29,587 nt of DNA from Candidatus Zhuqueibacterota bacterium RBG_16_48_16. GTDB taxonomy: Bacteria > Zhuqueibacterota > Zhuqueibacteria > Residuimicrobiales > Sediminimicrobiaceae. The position numbers and the translations under genes are program-made. This document shows positions 15,451 through 24,242 of this stretch, in pieces. Under the pieces are notes generated by a model. The model saw only the letters and a list, made by a program, of their open reading frames with translations. It searched no databases and was not told the DNA's origin. The stretch is from the NCBI GenBank assembly GCA_001771235.1, contig METF01000314.1:599-30185 (forward strand), given 5' to 3'. Position 1 is the first letter of the stretch; every line of letters starts with the position of its first letter.

Positions 15451-16773
15451 ATGTTCCAGGATCTCACTGAAAAATTAGAAACCGTCCTCAGGAAATTAAA
15501 AGGACACGGCAAGCTCACCGAGAAAAATATTTCGGAGAGCATGAGAGAAATCCGCCGGGTGTTGCTGGAGGCGGATGTGAACTATAAAGTCGCCAGGCAG
15601 TTCATTGCCGGCGTGGAGCAAAAGGCTTTAGGCCAGGAAGTTCTGAAAAGCATAACGCCGGGCCAGCAGGTGGTCAAGATCATTTATGATGAGCTCACTT
15701 TTCTCATGGGTGAGAAAGCGGATCAGATCCAATTTTCAAATGTCCCGCCTAGTGTCATCATGCTTGTCGGACTTCAGGGATCCGGAAAGACGACTTTGGC
15801 CGGTAAGATAGGACAATACCTGCGAAAAAAAGGCAGAAATCCCCTGCTCGTCGCCGCCGACATTTATCGACCCGCGGCCATTCAACAGCTTTCGGTCGTC
15901 GGTCGTGCAACGGGCTTGAAGACTTATTCGGAAGAATCCCAACATGCGGCTGCAATTTGTGAACACGCCGTAGATTTTGCGCGAAAAAATATGTTTGACA
16001 CCGTGATCATCGATACTGCAGGCCGGCTGCACATCGATGACGATTTGATGGGCGAGCTGATAGATATCAGAAAAGTGACCAACCCAAGTGAAATACTCTT
16101 TGTTGCCGACGGCATGACCGGCCAGGACGCGGTGAACACCGCCAGCGCCTTTCAGGAAAAGCTTGGTTTTGACGGCATCGTATTGACCAAGATGGATGGT
16201 GATGCACGCGGCGGCGCCGCCCTGTCCATTCGCGCGGTTACCGACAAGCCGATTAAATTCCTGAGTGTTGGTGAAAAATTCGACCGGCTCGAAGTATTTC
16301 ATCCCGAGAGAATGGCATCGCGGATTTTAGGCATGGGCGATGTGGTTTCTTTGGTTGAAAAGGCCCAGGAAGCGATAGATCAGGAAAAAGCCATCAAACT
16401 GGAAAGAAAACTTTCCAGGGAAGAGTTCACTCTCGAAGATTTTTATGATCAGCTTCAGCAAGTAAGGAAGATGGGTCCGTTACAGGATATTCTCGCCATG
16501 ATGCCCGGACAAATGAACAAGGCACTGCGCGGTGTGACCGTTGACGACAAGGCACTTGTTATGATCGAAGCGATCATAAATTCCATGACCAAAGAGGAAA
16601 GGCGCCGTCCGAATCTCATCAACGGCAGCCGGAAAAAGAGAATTTCAAGGGGCAGTGGCACCACGGTGCAGGACGTGAATCGCCTGATCAATCAGTTCAA
16701 TATGATGCAAAAGATGATCAAAATGATGAAAAAAGGCGGGGGAAAAAGAATGAGAATACCATTTGGATTTTAA
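15451..16773 (+). CDS. ffh: Signal recognition particle protein Ffh
   Basis: GLQGSGKTT, DTAGRL, TKMDGDARGG and the Met-rich M domain with RISRGSG. Confidence 0.98.
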   Translation: MFQDLTEKLETVLRKLKGHGKLTEKNISESMREIRRVLLEADVNYKVARQFIAGVEQKALGQEVLKSITPGQQVVKIIYDELTFLMGEKADQIQFSNVPPSVIMLVGLQGSGKTTLAGKIGQYLRKKGRNPLLVAADIYRPAAIQQLSVVGRATGLKTYSEESQHAAAICEHAVDFARKNMFDTVIIDTAGRLHIDDDLMGELIDIRKVTNPSEILFVADGMTGQDAVNTASAFQEKLGFDGIVLTKMDGDARGGAALSIRAVTDKPIKFLSVGEKFDRLEVFHPERMASRILGMGDVVSLVEKAQEAIDQEKAIKLERKLSREEFTLEDFYDQLQQVRKMGPLQDILAMMPGQMNKALRGVTVDDKALVMIEAIINSMTKEERRRPNLINGSRKKRISRGSGTTVQDVNRLINQFNMMQKMIKMMKKGGGKRMRIPFGF

Positions 16774-16792
16774 CTAACCGGAGGAGAACTCA

Positions 16793-17338
16793 TTGGCAGT
16801 TAAGCTAAGGCTGCTGAGAATGGGCAAAAAGAAGCAGCCTTTTTACCGCATTGTCGCTATCGATTCTAGAAAGCGTCGCGATGGCAAATACCTGGAAAAG
16901 ATCGGGCATTATAATCCCTTAAGAAAACCGGCGGAAATCATTATCGATAAGGAAAAAGCCTTAAAGTGGCTCGATCGAGGGGCTATTCCGACGGACACCG
17001 TCAAAAGTTTCTTGAGCCAGGACGGTCTGCTGATGGAATGGGATTTGCGCAAGAAAGGCTTTGACGAAGAACGGATTACCTCCGAGCTGAAGAAATGGGA
17101 AACCATCCAGCTTGAAAATCAAAAACGGATCGAAGCCGAATCGGCCATGAAGAAACGCGAAGCCGATAAGGAAATGGAGCGCCAGGCCAGGGAACTGGCA
17201 AAACAGCAGGAAGCTGAAGCCAAAGCGAGAGAGAGCGAGAAGCAGGAAGAGGAGCCCAGCGGTGAAGCTCCTGAAGAAGAAGCTGTAGCGGAAAAGTCGC
17301 AGGAAGATACAATCAGCCAGGAAGAGAAGCAAGAGTAA
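16793..17338 (+). CDS. rpsP: 30S ribosomal protein S16 with a long acidic C-terminal extension
   Basis: [44 protein letters not shown] start after ggagga. Confidence 0.97.
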   Translation: MAVKLRLLRMGKKKQPFYRIVAIDSRKRRDGKYLEKIGHYNPLRKPAEIIIDKEKALKWLDRGAIPTDTVKSFLSQDGLLMEWDLRKKGFDEERITSELKKWETIQLENQKRIEAESAMKKREADKEMERQARELAKQQEAEAKARESEKQEEEPSGEAPEEEAVAEKSQEDTISQEEKQE

Positions 17339-17385
17339 TTTCCCGTTATCGATTGTTCCCATTTCCGTAAATAGAGGATTCATCC

Positions 17386-17925
17386 ATGACGGACTCCGAT
17401 GAACATCATTCCAGGTTGCCCGATTATGTTGTCATAGGCCAGATTCTCAGACCGCATGGAGTGGCGGGCAAGATGCGGGTGGAGCCGATCACGGATGATC
17501 CGAACAGGTTTTATCTTTTAAAAAGAGTTTTTCTCAGCAAGGATGGCTTGTCGCGGGAACAAGCGAAAATGACCGGTGTGCAAGTCGGCCCGCGTTTCGT
17601 TATCGTGGCTTTGGAGTCAATCGATTCACGCGAGCAGGCGGAAAAATACCGGGATTTTTATGTCGAAATTCCGCGCCAGGAATGTTTACCACTGCCTGAG
17701 GGCCGCCATTATATCTTTGAGTTTATCGGCTTGCAGGTTTATACGAATTCCGGCGCATTTGTGGGCGAAATAAGCGATGTGCTGCTGCTCCCGGCCAATG
17801 ATGTCTTTGTTGTTACCTGTAACGACCGGGAATATTTGATTCCGGATGTGCCGGAGATCGTGGAAGAAAAAAAGCCGAGTTCCGGAAAAATCATCATCAA
17901 TCCTATTGAGGGATTGCTAAGTTAG
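17386..17925 (+). CDS. rimM: 16S rRNA processing protein RimM
   Basis: IGQILRPHGVAG, LPEGRHYIFEFIGLQV, ANDVFVV and EYLIP, plus operon position. Confidence 0.95.
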   Translation: MTDSDEHHSRLPDYVVIGQILRPHGVAGKMRVEPITDDPNRFYLLKRVFLSKDGLSREQAKMTGVQVGPRFVIVALESIDSREQAEKYRDFYVEIPRQECLPLPEGRHYIFEFIGLQVYTNSGAFVGEISDVLLLPANDVFVVTCNDREYLIPDVPEIVEEKKPSSGKIIINPIEGLLS

Positions 17926-17936
17926 AAAAACAGAGA

Positions 17937-18671
17937 TTGGTTGCTTTGGAAATACACATTGTAACGGCATTTCCAAAGATTTTTGACGGCCCTTTGAATG
18001 AGAGTATCGTCAAAAGGGCTGTGAATAAAAATCTGGTTACTTTTTATTTACACGATTTTCGTGCTTATTGCACGGATAAACACAAGAAAATAGATGATTA
18101 TCCTTACGGCGGCGGCCCAGGTATGATTTTAAAGCCCGAGCCTATTTACCGCTGTATTGAAGACGTTCGCGATAAATATAATCTTCACCGTACACCGGTG
18201 ACGCTGCTGTCGCCGGTGGGCACGGTTTATACGCAAAAATCGGCTGTCGAATTGTCTTTGCGCGAAAAGCTGATTTTGCTCTGCGGGCATTACAAAGGCC
18301 TTGATGAACGAGTCATCGAGCAGATCGTTGATGAAGAAATTTCCATAGGCGATTATATTCTGACCGGAGGAGAATTAGCGGCACTTGTCGTCATCGATTC
18401 CGTCGTGAGGTTATTGCCGGGTGCTATTGGCGATATCGACTCAGCCGTGACGGATTCGTTTCAAACGGGCTTGCTGGATCATCCGCACTATACCAGGCCC
18501 GAGGAATTTCGCAATGCCAAAGTGCCGGAGGTCTTGTTATCAGGAAATCATCAAAAGATCGAACAATGGCGAGCGGATATGGCTCTTCAGCGCACCAAAA
18601 TGCGCCGTATCGATCTGTATAATAAATTCATTCAGGAAGATTGGAACGATTCTGATAGAGATGAGGAGTAA
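17937..18671 (+). CDS. trmD: tRNA (guanine37-N1)-methyltransferase
   Basis: [36 protein letters not shown] and PHYTRP. TTG start. Confidence 0.97.
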   Translation: MVALEIHIVTAFPKIFDGPLNESIVKRAVNKNLVTFYLHDFRAYCTDKHKKIDDYPYGGGPGMILKPEPIYRCIEDVRDKYNLHRTPVTLLSPVGTVYTQKSAVELSLREKLILLCGHYKGLDERVIEQIVDEEISIGDYILTGGELAALVVIDSVVRLLPGAIGDIDSAVTDSFQTGLLDHPHYTRPEEFRNAKVPEVLLSGNHQKIEQWRADMALQRTKMRRIDLYNKFIQEDWNDSDRDEE

Positions 18672-18676
18672 GAACA

Positions 18677-19024
18677 ATGAATAAACTTGATGCTGTTTCT
18701 GCGGCGGAGTTGAAAAGCGACATTCCTGATTTTCACAGTGGGGATACTGTTGTGGTTCATGTGAAAGTACTTGAAGGCGATAAAGAGAGAATTCAGGCCT
18801 TTGAAGGCGTCGTCATCAACCGGCGAGGATCGAGCAGCAACGCCACTTTTACGGTCCGCAAAATATCTAACGGTGTGGGTGTCGAAAGGATTTTCCCCTT
18901 ACATTCCCCCAATATCGCCAAGATCGAGCGGATCAAAGAAGGCCGGGTGAGACGTGCCAAGCTCTACTACTTGCGTGAATTGCGCGGCAAAGCGGCCAGA
19001 ATTGAAGAAAAACGAGCAGATTAA
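18677..19024 (+). CDS. rplS: 50S ribosomal protein L19
   Basis: [23 protein letters not shown]...GVGVERIFP...[10 protein letters not shown]. Confidence 0.98.
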   Translation: MNKLDAVSAAELKSDIPDFHSGDTVVVHVKVLEGDKERIQAFEGVVINRRGSSSNATFTVRKISNGVGVERIFPLHSPNIAKIERIKEGRVRRAKLYYLRELRGKAARIEEKRAD

Positions 19025-19091
19025 GCTTACCGCATGGTACCGAAATGAAATTGGGCCTTTTTTTCGTCTTAACATAGGTGTTATAAAAATG

Positions 19092-19126
19092 AAACCGGAA
19101 TTCTTGTATTTCGGTTTTTTATTTTT
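19092..19126 (+). terminator. Intrinsic terminator after rplS
   Basis: aaaccggaa (19092-19100) pairs with tttcggttt (19109-19117) with one G-U pair, followed by a T-rich tract. Confidence 0.7.
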
Positions 19127-19160
19127 AACATTTTCCTAAAATCACAAAAGGAGAGCCCAC

Positions 19161-20831
19161 ATGCCAAAACTAACGACTGAAACTATCAAGGAGCTGTTTC
19201 TTTACAGCACCAAAGAATTTGCCAACGAACAAGCCACTTCTTTCGTTGATGAAGAGCCGTTTACTTACGGACAAATCGAGCGATATTCCAAAGCACTGGC
19301 CAATTCTTTGCTCAAGCTTGGGGTGAAAAAGGGCGACCGCGTGGCTATTTTGAGCGAAAATAGCCCGAGATGGGGCATAGCTTATTTTGCCGATTGTCTC
19401 ATCGGGGCGGTAAATGTCCCTATCCTGCCGGATTTTCACAGCTCGGAAATAAACCACATCATAAAAAACTCGGGATCCAAAGTCATGTTTATTTCCAGCA
19501 AGCTCGTACACAAAATCGAGGACGGCAAGTTCGCCGAGCTGGAATATGTGATTCCGATTGATGATGTCAAAGATGGGCTTGGCAAATTCAAAGTACGCCT
19601 CTTTTCCGACCTCGTCAGAGCGGGTGAGGATAAATCGAAAGAACCTGTTGAGAAAAGAGTTGAGATAAAGGAAAACGATCTTGTTGAAATTTTATACACA
19701 TCCGGAACTACCGGACATTCCAAAGGGGTTATGCTGACAAACAAGAACATTGTGGCCAACGCGCTGTCGGCAACGGAGCTTATCCAGATCACGAAAGATG
19801 ACAAGTTGTTGTCCATCCTTCCCATGTCCCATTCTTATGAAGGCACCTGCGGATTCATTGCGCCCTTTTTAATGGGAGCCAAGATTTATTACATCAAAGG
19901 ATTGCCGACGCCCCAAACATTATTGCCTGCGGTCGATGTTGTCAAGCCGACGATCATATTGGCCGTGCCGCTCATCATGGATAAAATTTACAAAAAACGG
20001 GTATTGGGGCACATCAATGGCAAATTCGCAACACGGTTGCTGTATAAATCCGCTCCGGGGAGAAAGCTTTTGAATCGCATTGCCGGCCAAAAATTGTACA
20101 AAACTTTTGGCGGTAATCTGCGCATCATGGTATTTGGTGGCGCGGCCACGCCGGTTGAGGTAGAGATTTTCCTGACCGAGGGGGGCTTTCCGTATATTAG
20201 CGGTTACGGCTTGACAGAGACAGCGCCTTTGCTCACTGCCAATCCTGTCGGCAAACAGAAGATACAATCGGCGGGAGTGGTCGTGCCGAGGGTTATGCTA
20301 CGGATCGATGATCCCGATCCGAACACGGGCATTGGCGAAATAGTCGCCAAAGGGCCTAATATCATGCAGGGTTACTACCTCAACGAAGAAGCGACAAAGA
20401 AAACTTTTACCGAGGACGGATGGCTCATCACCGGAGACAGGGGCTATATTGATGAGGACGGCTATCTATTTATCAAAGGCCGGTCGAAAAATATCATTGT
20501 CGGTCCCAGTGGTGAAAACATTTTCCCGGAAGAGATTGAATTTCACCTGTCACAAAATCCTTACATACTTGAAGCGCTTGTATATGAAAAAGACGGTAAA
20601 ATTTTGGCGCGGGTGTTTTTGGACTATGAAACCATTGATAAGGAGCTGGGTAAGCACGGGGTGGATGAGTCCAAGGCCTCCAGGGAAGTTCAAAAATTGC
20701 TCGAGGAAATTCGCAAAGACGTGAACACCAAAATCTCGGCGTATTCACGTATTCACAAAATTATCGAGCAGCCCGAGGAGTTTGTCAAGACGCCGACCAA
20801 GAAGATCAAACGGTATCTCTACACCGAGTAG
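19161..20831 (+). CDS. Long-chain fatty acyl-CoA synthetase (AMP-binding)
   Basis: ANL-family motifs YTSGTTGHSKG, GYGLTE and TGDRG...GRSK. RBS aggaga. Confidence 0.9.
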   Translation: MPKLTTETIKELFLYSTKEFANEQATSFVDEEPFTYGQIERYSKALANSLLKLGVKKGDRVAILSENSPRWGIAYFADCLIGAVNVPILPDFHSSEINHIIKNSGSKVMFISSKLVHKIEDGKFAELEYVIPIDDVKDGLGKFKVRLFSDLVRAGEDKSKEPVEKRVEIKENDLVEILYTSGTTGHSKGVMLTNKNIVANALSATELIQITKDDKLLSILPMSHSYEGTCGFIAPFLMGAKIYYIKGLPTPQTLLPAVDVVKPTIILAVPLIMDKIYKKRVLGHINGKFATRLLYKSAPGRKLLNRIAGQKLYKTFGGNLRIMVFGGAATPVEVEIFLTEGGFPYISGYGLTETAPLLTANPVGKQKIQSAGVVVPRVMLRIDDPDPNTGIGEIVAKGPNIMQGYYLNEEATKKTFTEDGWLITGDRGYIDEDGYLFIKGRSKNIIVGPSGENIFPEEIEFHLSQNPYILEALVYEKDGKILARVFLDYETIDKELGKHGVDESKASREVQKLLEEIRKDVNTKISAYSRIHKIIEQPEEFVKTPTKKIKRYLYTE

Positions 20832-20875
20832 AGATGTGAATTTTCCAATCCGATATATCGTCAACATCGGTAAAT

Positions 20876-20977
20876 AAAAAAATCAGGCCGAATCCCTTGA
20901 TCCATTGTGCATCGTCATCTCCGCTTGTATCCTCAGGACTATCTCATCATCTCCGCTGGGTTCAGCCTGATTTTTTA
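20876..20977. terminator. Long-loop inverted repeat between convergent genes (possible bidirectional terminator or structured RNA)
   Basis: aaaaaatcaggc (20877-20888) is a perfect inverted repeat of 20965-20976, extended imperfectly by about 7 bp. The loop holds a 13/14 direct repeat (20912-20925, 20944-20957). Confidence 0.55.
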
Positions 20978-20981
20978 TATG

Positions 20982-21965
20982 TCAGAACCTATCGCTTTGC
21001 GATTGGAATGTGACGGTCAGTTTTGTGCCGATCTTATTTTCAATCTGCAACCGGCCGCCAAGCTGTTGGATTAATATATCAACCAATCTCAATCCAAGTG
21101 TGGAATAGCTGTCAATATCAGAATTTTCGGGTCTGCCAATCCCGTTATCGGCAACAACTAACTCGCAATCGCGGTTTTCTGCCGCCCTGAAAGAGATGTC
21201 AATTCTGCCATTTTTATCGCCGGGGAAAGCATGCCTGAATGCGTTGGTCAACAATTCATTGATAATTAATCCGCAGGGCACGGCATCGCGGATACTCAGG
21301 AATACATTTTGAACATCCAGATTCACCTTGATTTTTGGTGCACTGTTGAACCTTCTCTGCAGGGCTGTCGTAAGATTTTGGACATAGTCATCAAATTTTA
21401 CCTGTACGACATTTTTCGAGGTGTATAAAAGCTCGTACAGAAGGGCTAATGTCTTAATTCGGCATTGTGCCGCTTTAAATGCATCCAGCGCTTTCGGATC
21501 GGACACAAGCTCGGACTGGAGACTGATGAGACTCGAGATGACTTGCAGATTATTTTTGATCCTGTGATGAGCTTCTCTAAGAATGGCCTCCCTTTCTTCC
21601 GCTGCATTTTGTTGGGCCTCCATATCTTTTCTATCGACCGATATGTCACCTTCCGTGCCCTTGACTCCCATAACATTCCTCTCCAGATCCAGATAAAGAT
21701 GACGGCCCTGATCGCCGACTCGTACAACCGTATCCTCTATCGACTCCGTAAGCATTCTCTCCTGTTCTTCGTTCTTTTTCACTTCTTCGTTCCGCCTCAT
21801 CTGTTCCACAAGCATTCCGTTTCCGCTAGAAATAGTCGTCAGGAGCCGCCAATCTTCATCTGTAAAATTGATATTATTGTGATGATTTATCTCGTTTAAA
21901 GGCAAACCGTTCAAGCACGCCCAGCCATTAATAGCCGATTTTGTCGAGCCAAAGGAGTTTTGCAT
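20982..21965 (-). CDS. HisKA_2 (HWE/HisKA2 superfamily) histidine kinase with vestigial sensor region
   Basis: H-box EAHHRIKNNLQ, N-box NELLTNAFRHA, G1 VADNGIG and G2 TLGLRLV. RBS ggaggg. Confidence 0.9.
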   Translation of the reverse strand: MQNSFGSTKSAINGWACLNGLPLNEINHHNNINFTDEDWRLLTTISSGNGMLVEQMRRNEEVKKNEEQERMLTESIEDTVVRVGDQGRHLYLDLERNVMGVKGTEGDISVDRKDMEAQQNAAEEREAILREAHHRIKNNLQVISSLISLQSELVSDPKALDAFKAAQCRIKTLALLYELLYTSKNVVQVKFDDYVQNLTTALQRRFNSAPKIKVNLDVQNVFLSIRDAVPCGLIINELLTNAFRHAFPGDKNGRIDISFRAAENRDCELVVADNGIGRPENSDIDSYSTLGLRLVDILIQQLGGRLQIENKIGTKLTVTFQSQSDRF

Positions 21966-21980
21966 AATCCCTCCGTTCCT

Positions 21981-22394
21981 CTATTGTTGAGTTCTGTGCA
22001 AAGGCTGTTTCACGTTATGCTTTTGCCTCATCAATGTATTTATCAAAAGCGGCAATTGATGAAATTCGTCATAAATATCCAGAATGAAATTCGCACCTGC
22101 TGCCGTGCAGTACGATCTGTATTGAACATCGCCGGAATCGGCCAATACGATGATGATGATCCGGCTGTTGATTTTTTTTATTTGCTTAACAAGCTGCAGG
22201 CTTTTTTTACCATCCAGTCCCGATTCAATGATGATAGTCTCGGGACTGTTTTCCAAAAGATGTCTTTTTAAAGAACGGCTCTCGGTAATGATATCGATAC
22301 AGGAAATTGCCTGTGATATGAATAAAACTTTTTTGAGCCGCTCCGCGATGATCGCAGAATTCTGGATGATGGCGACACGCATTGCTGTCCTCAT
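21981..22394 (-). CDS. Atypical (pseudo-)receiver domain protein
   Basis: Receiver-like pattern of hydrophobic strands and similarity to the neighbouring receiver, but with IIQN for the acidic pair, IIIES at the phospho-Asp position and no conserved Lys. Confidence 0.7.
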   Translation of the reverse strand: MRTAMRVAIIQNSAIIAERLKKVLFISQAISCIDIITESRSLKRHLLENSPETIIIESGLDGKKSLQLVKQIKKINSRIIIIVLADSGDVQYRSYCTAAGANFILDIYDEFHQLPLLINTLMRQKHNVKQPLHRTQQ

Positions 22395-22528
22395 AGTATG
22401 CTTTCCACTTGCAGGGACAATATAAGAATAGCGACAGTCTGCCGCTATAGCAGGCCGTTTGAAAATTATGTCACGCAGGAATCACAAATTGTGTCACAGT
22501 ATTCTTGACATGGCCGATGTCGATTGGC

Positions 22529-22634
22529 TAAGGGGGTGTGAAAAAATAAATTGGCATTCTTTGAAGCATACTTCGACTATTTTAACTGAGCTTGGGAAAG
22601 GCAGATTCCCAAGTTATTCTTTCACACCCCCTAA
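22529..22634. mobile_element. 100-bp MITE with 18-bp terminal inverted repeats and a TAA target duplication
   Basis: gggggtgtgaaaaaataa (22532-22549) matches the reverse complement of 22614-22631 at 17/18. TAA flanks both sides (22529-22531, 22632-22634). Internal 8-bp hairpin cttgggaa/ttcccaag. Confidence 0.75.
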
Positions 22635-22724
22635 GTAAGAAGAATGGTTGATGAAGCCCCACACTTCCAAAGAGTGTGAGATTTTACCCGCAAGTGGGGA
22701 TACAACGTTATGATCAAAGAGCGC

Positions 22725-23102
22725 CTATCTTATTTCCTCCGAAGTAGCGGAATACTGTTCTATTAAATGGATGGCTTTTTCAAACTCGGTCGATTTATCG
22801 AAAAAATATTTCGCCCCTAGCTGGTTACATTTTTTTCTGAATTGTTGAGAGGCGTGATTCGTGAGCACTATAGGAATCGATGAAATATCCATTCTGTTCA
22901 TTTCCCGGAGAATATCAAAGCCGTTTCCATCCGGAAAGCGAATGTCCAAAAGAACGATATCCGGCTCGGTTTTTTTAAGCAAATGGATGGATTCCGTAAC
23001 GTTATTCCCTTCGCCGACAATGTCAATGTTTTTGATGGTGGATAGCATTTTCAGAATTCGTCGACGAACGTGTACGGCATCTTCTGCAATGAGAACTTTC
23101 AC
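22725..23102 (-). CDS. Single-domain response regulator (receiver only)
   Basis: VLIAED, IVLLDIRFPDGNG, IVLT and YFFDK retain the canonical receiver residues. GTG 23102 follows ggaagg; ATG 23132 is an alternative. Confidence 0.9.
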   Translation of the reverse strand: MKVLIAEDAVHVRRRILKMLSTIKNIDIVGEGNNVTESIHLLKKTEPDIVLLDIRFPDGNGFDILREMNRMDISSIPIVLTNHASQQFRKKCNQLGAKYFFDKSTEFEKAIHLIEQYSATSEEIR

Positions 23103-23188
23103 AGCGAGACCTTCCCTTATGACGGATTTCATTAGTGTAATATTATGAGGTGAGAAGTTAAAAAAAATCCCAATTTTTATCTATTTCT

Positions 23189-23207
23189 TGTCATATTTTT
23201 TATGACA
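23189..23207. promoter_or_regulatory. Perfect palindrome, candidate operator
   Basis: TGTCATA-ttttt-TATGACA upstream of the stand-alone receiver gene. Confidence 0.45.
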
Positions 23208-23274
23208 GGAGTAGCGTAAAATTTTCGGGAGGGAATTATTCAGAGTCCGGACGAGAATTAAATTTGAAAATTTA

Positions 23275-23413
23275 CTGTTATTGCGTGCGGAGGAAATGAG
23301 CCATTTCCCGTTCGATTTGCTTTATTGGAGCGAAGTAATCCCCTAACTCTTCAGGAGATGGCTTCGGCAAAACTTGTCCTGAGCTTGTCGAAGGAAACGC
23401 CTCGCGATGACAG
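23275..23413. repeat. Complete composite palindromic intergenic repeat (GTC-tagged REP-like)
   Basis: Outer arms ctgttattgcgtg / ctcgcgatgacag and inner arms cgaagtaatc / gagatggcttcg. Nested ggaaatg-agc-catttcc hairpin and a cttgtcctgagcttgtcgaagg segment. The left half matches 1123-1188. Confidence 0.85.
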
Positions 23414-23450
23414 AAAATTCTTAAATAAGTAGTATTCGTTCGGACACTCT

Positions 23451-24083
23451 TTAATCAATCAGCTTATTTCTGATGGCATAATGAATGAGCTCGGAGTGGT
23501 TATTCATGTTCATCTTGTCAAATATCCGCGCCCGGTAGGTATTGATAGTGCTTTGGCTGAGAAATAATTCTTTGGCAATTTCCGCCACGGGCTTGCCCAT
23601 GGCCAGCGATAAAAAGACCTGAAACTCACGATTCGACAGACGCTCGTGAGGGAGCTTTTCAGCATCCCGACCGATATTCATGGCCAGCTTTTCGGCTAAC
23701 GTGCTGGTGATGTATTTGCCGCCTTTATGGATTTTTCGGATGGCTTGCACCAGTTCTTCCGGCGCACGCTCTTTGGTAATGTATCCCGAGGCCCCGGCTT
23801 TTAAGGCGCGAATGGCAAAACGCTCCTCCGGGTGCATACTGAGAATGAGCACGGCAATTCGGCCATAGTATTCCCCCAGCTCGCTCAGCAAGTCCAGGCC
23901 GGACTTTTCCGGCATGCTGATGTCTAACACAATCACGTCGCATTCGTTCCTGGACAGGAATTGCAGCACTTCATTGCTGTTTTGAGCTTCTCCCACAACT
24001 TTTAAATCAACCTCTCTGGAGATGATTTTTTTAAATCCCTCCCGGATGAGGCTATGGTCATCGGCAATAAGAACTCTGATCAT
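23451..24083 (-). CDS. NarL/FixJ-family response regulator (REC plus LuxR-type HTH)
   Basis: VLIADDH, VLDISMP, ILSMH and GYITK, then LSNREFQVF...IAKELFLSQSTINTYRARIFDK. Confidence 0.95.
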   Translation of the reverse strand: MIRVLIADDHSLIREGFKKIISREVDLKVVGEAQNSNEVLQFLSRNECDVIVLDISMPEKSGLDLLSELGEYYGRIAVLILSMHPEERFAIRALKAGASGYITKERAPEELVQAIRKIHKGGKYITSTLAEKLAMNIGRDAEKLPHERLSNREFQVFLSLAMGKPVAEIAKELFLSQSTINTYRARIFDKMNMNNHSELIHYAIRNKLID

Positions 24084-24242
24084 ATATTTTTCCCCTCTGT
24101 TATAACTATTTTATACGGAAATTTAATGGCATTAAAGTTGACCGCGGCCTGTTACTCAATGACCGATATCTGCCTATTAAAACCTGGCGACGATTCGTTC
24201 CTATTCCTGCAAGATGATATTTCGTGTAATTTTTTTTGTGAT

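Noticed and set aside
15736-16302. 188-aa minus-strand ORF
   Set aside because: Shadow of ffh.
22648-22702. Two small hairpins (cacact/agtgtg and a ccc-gcaa-gt-ggg stem) as an IS200/IS605 end or riboswitch
   Set aside because: The stems are short, there is no tnpA/tnpB nearby and no aptamer consensus.
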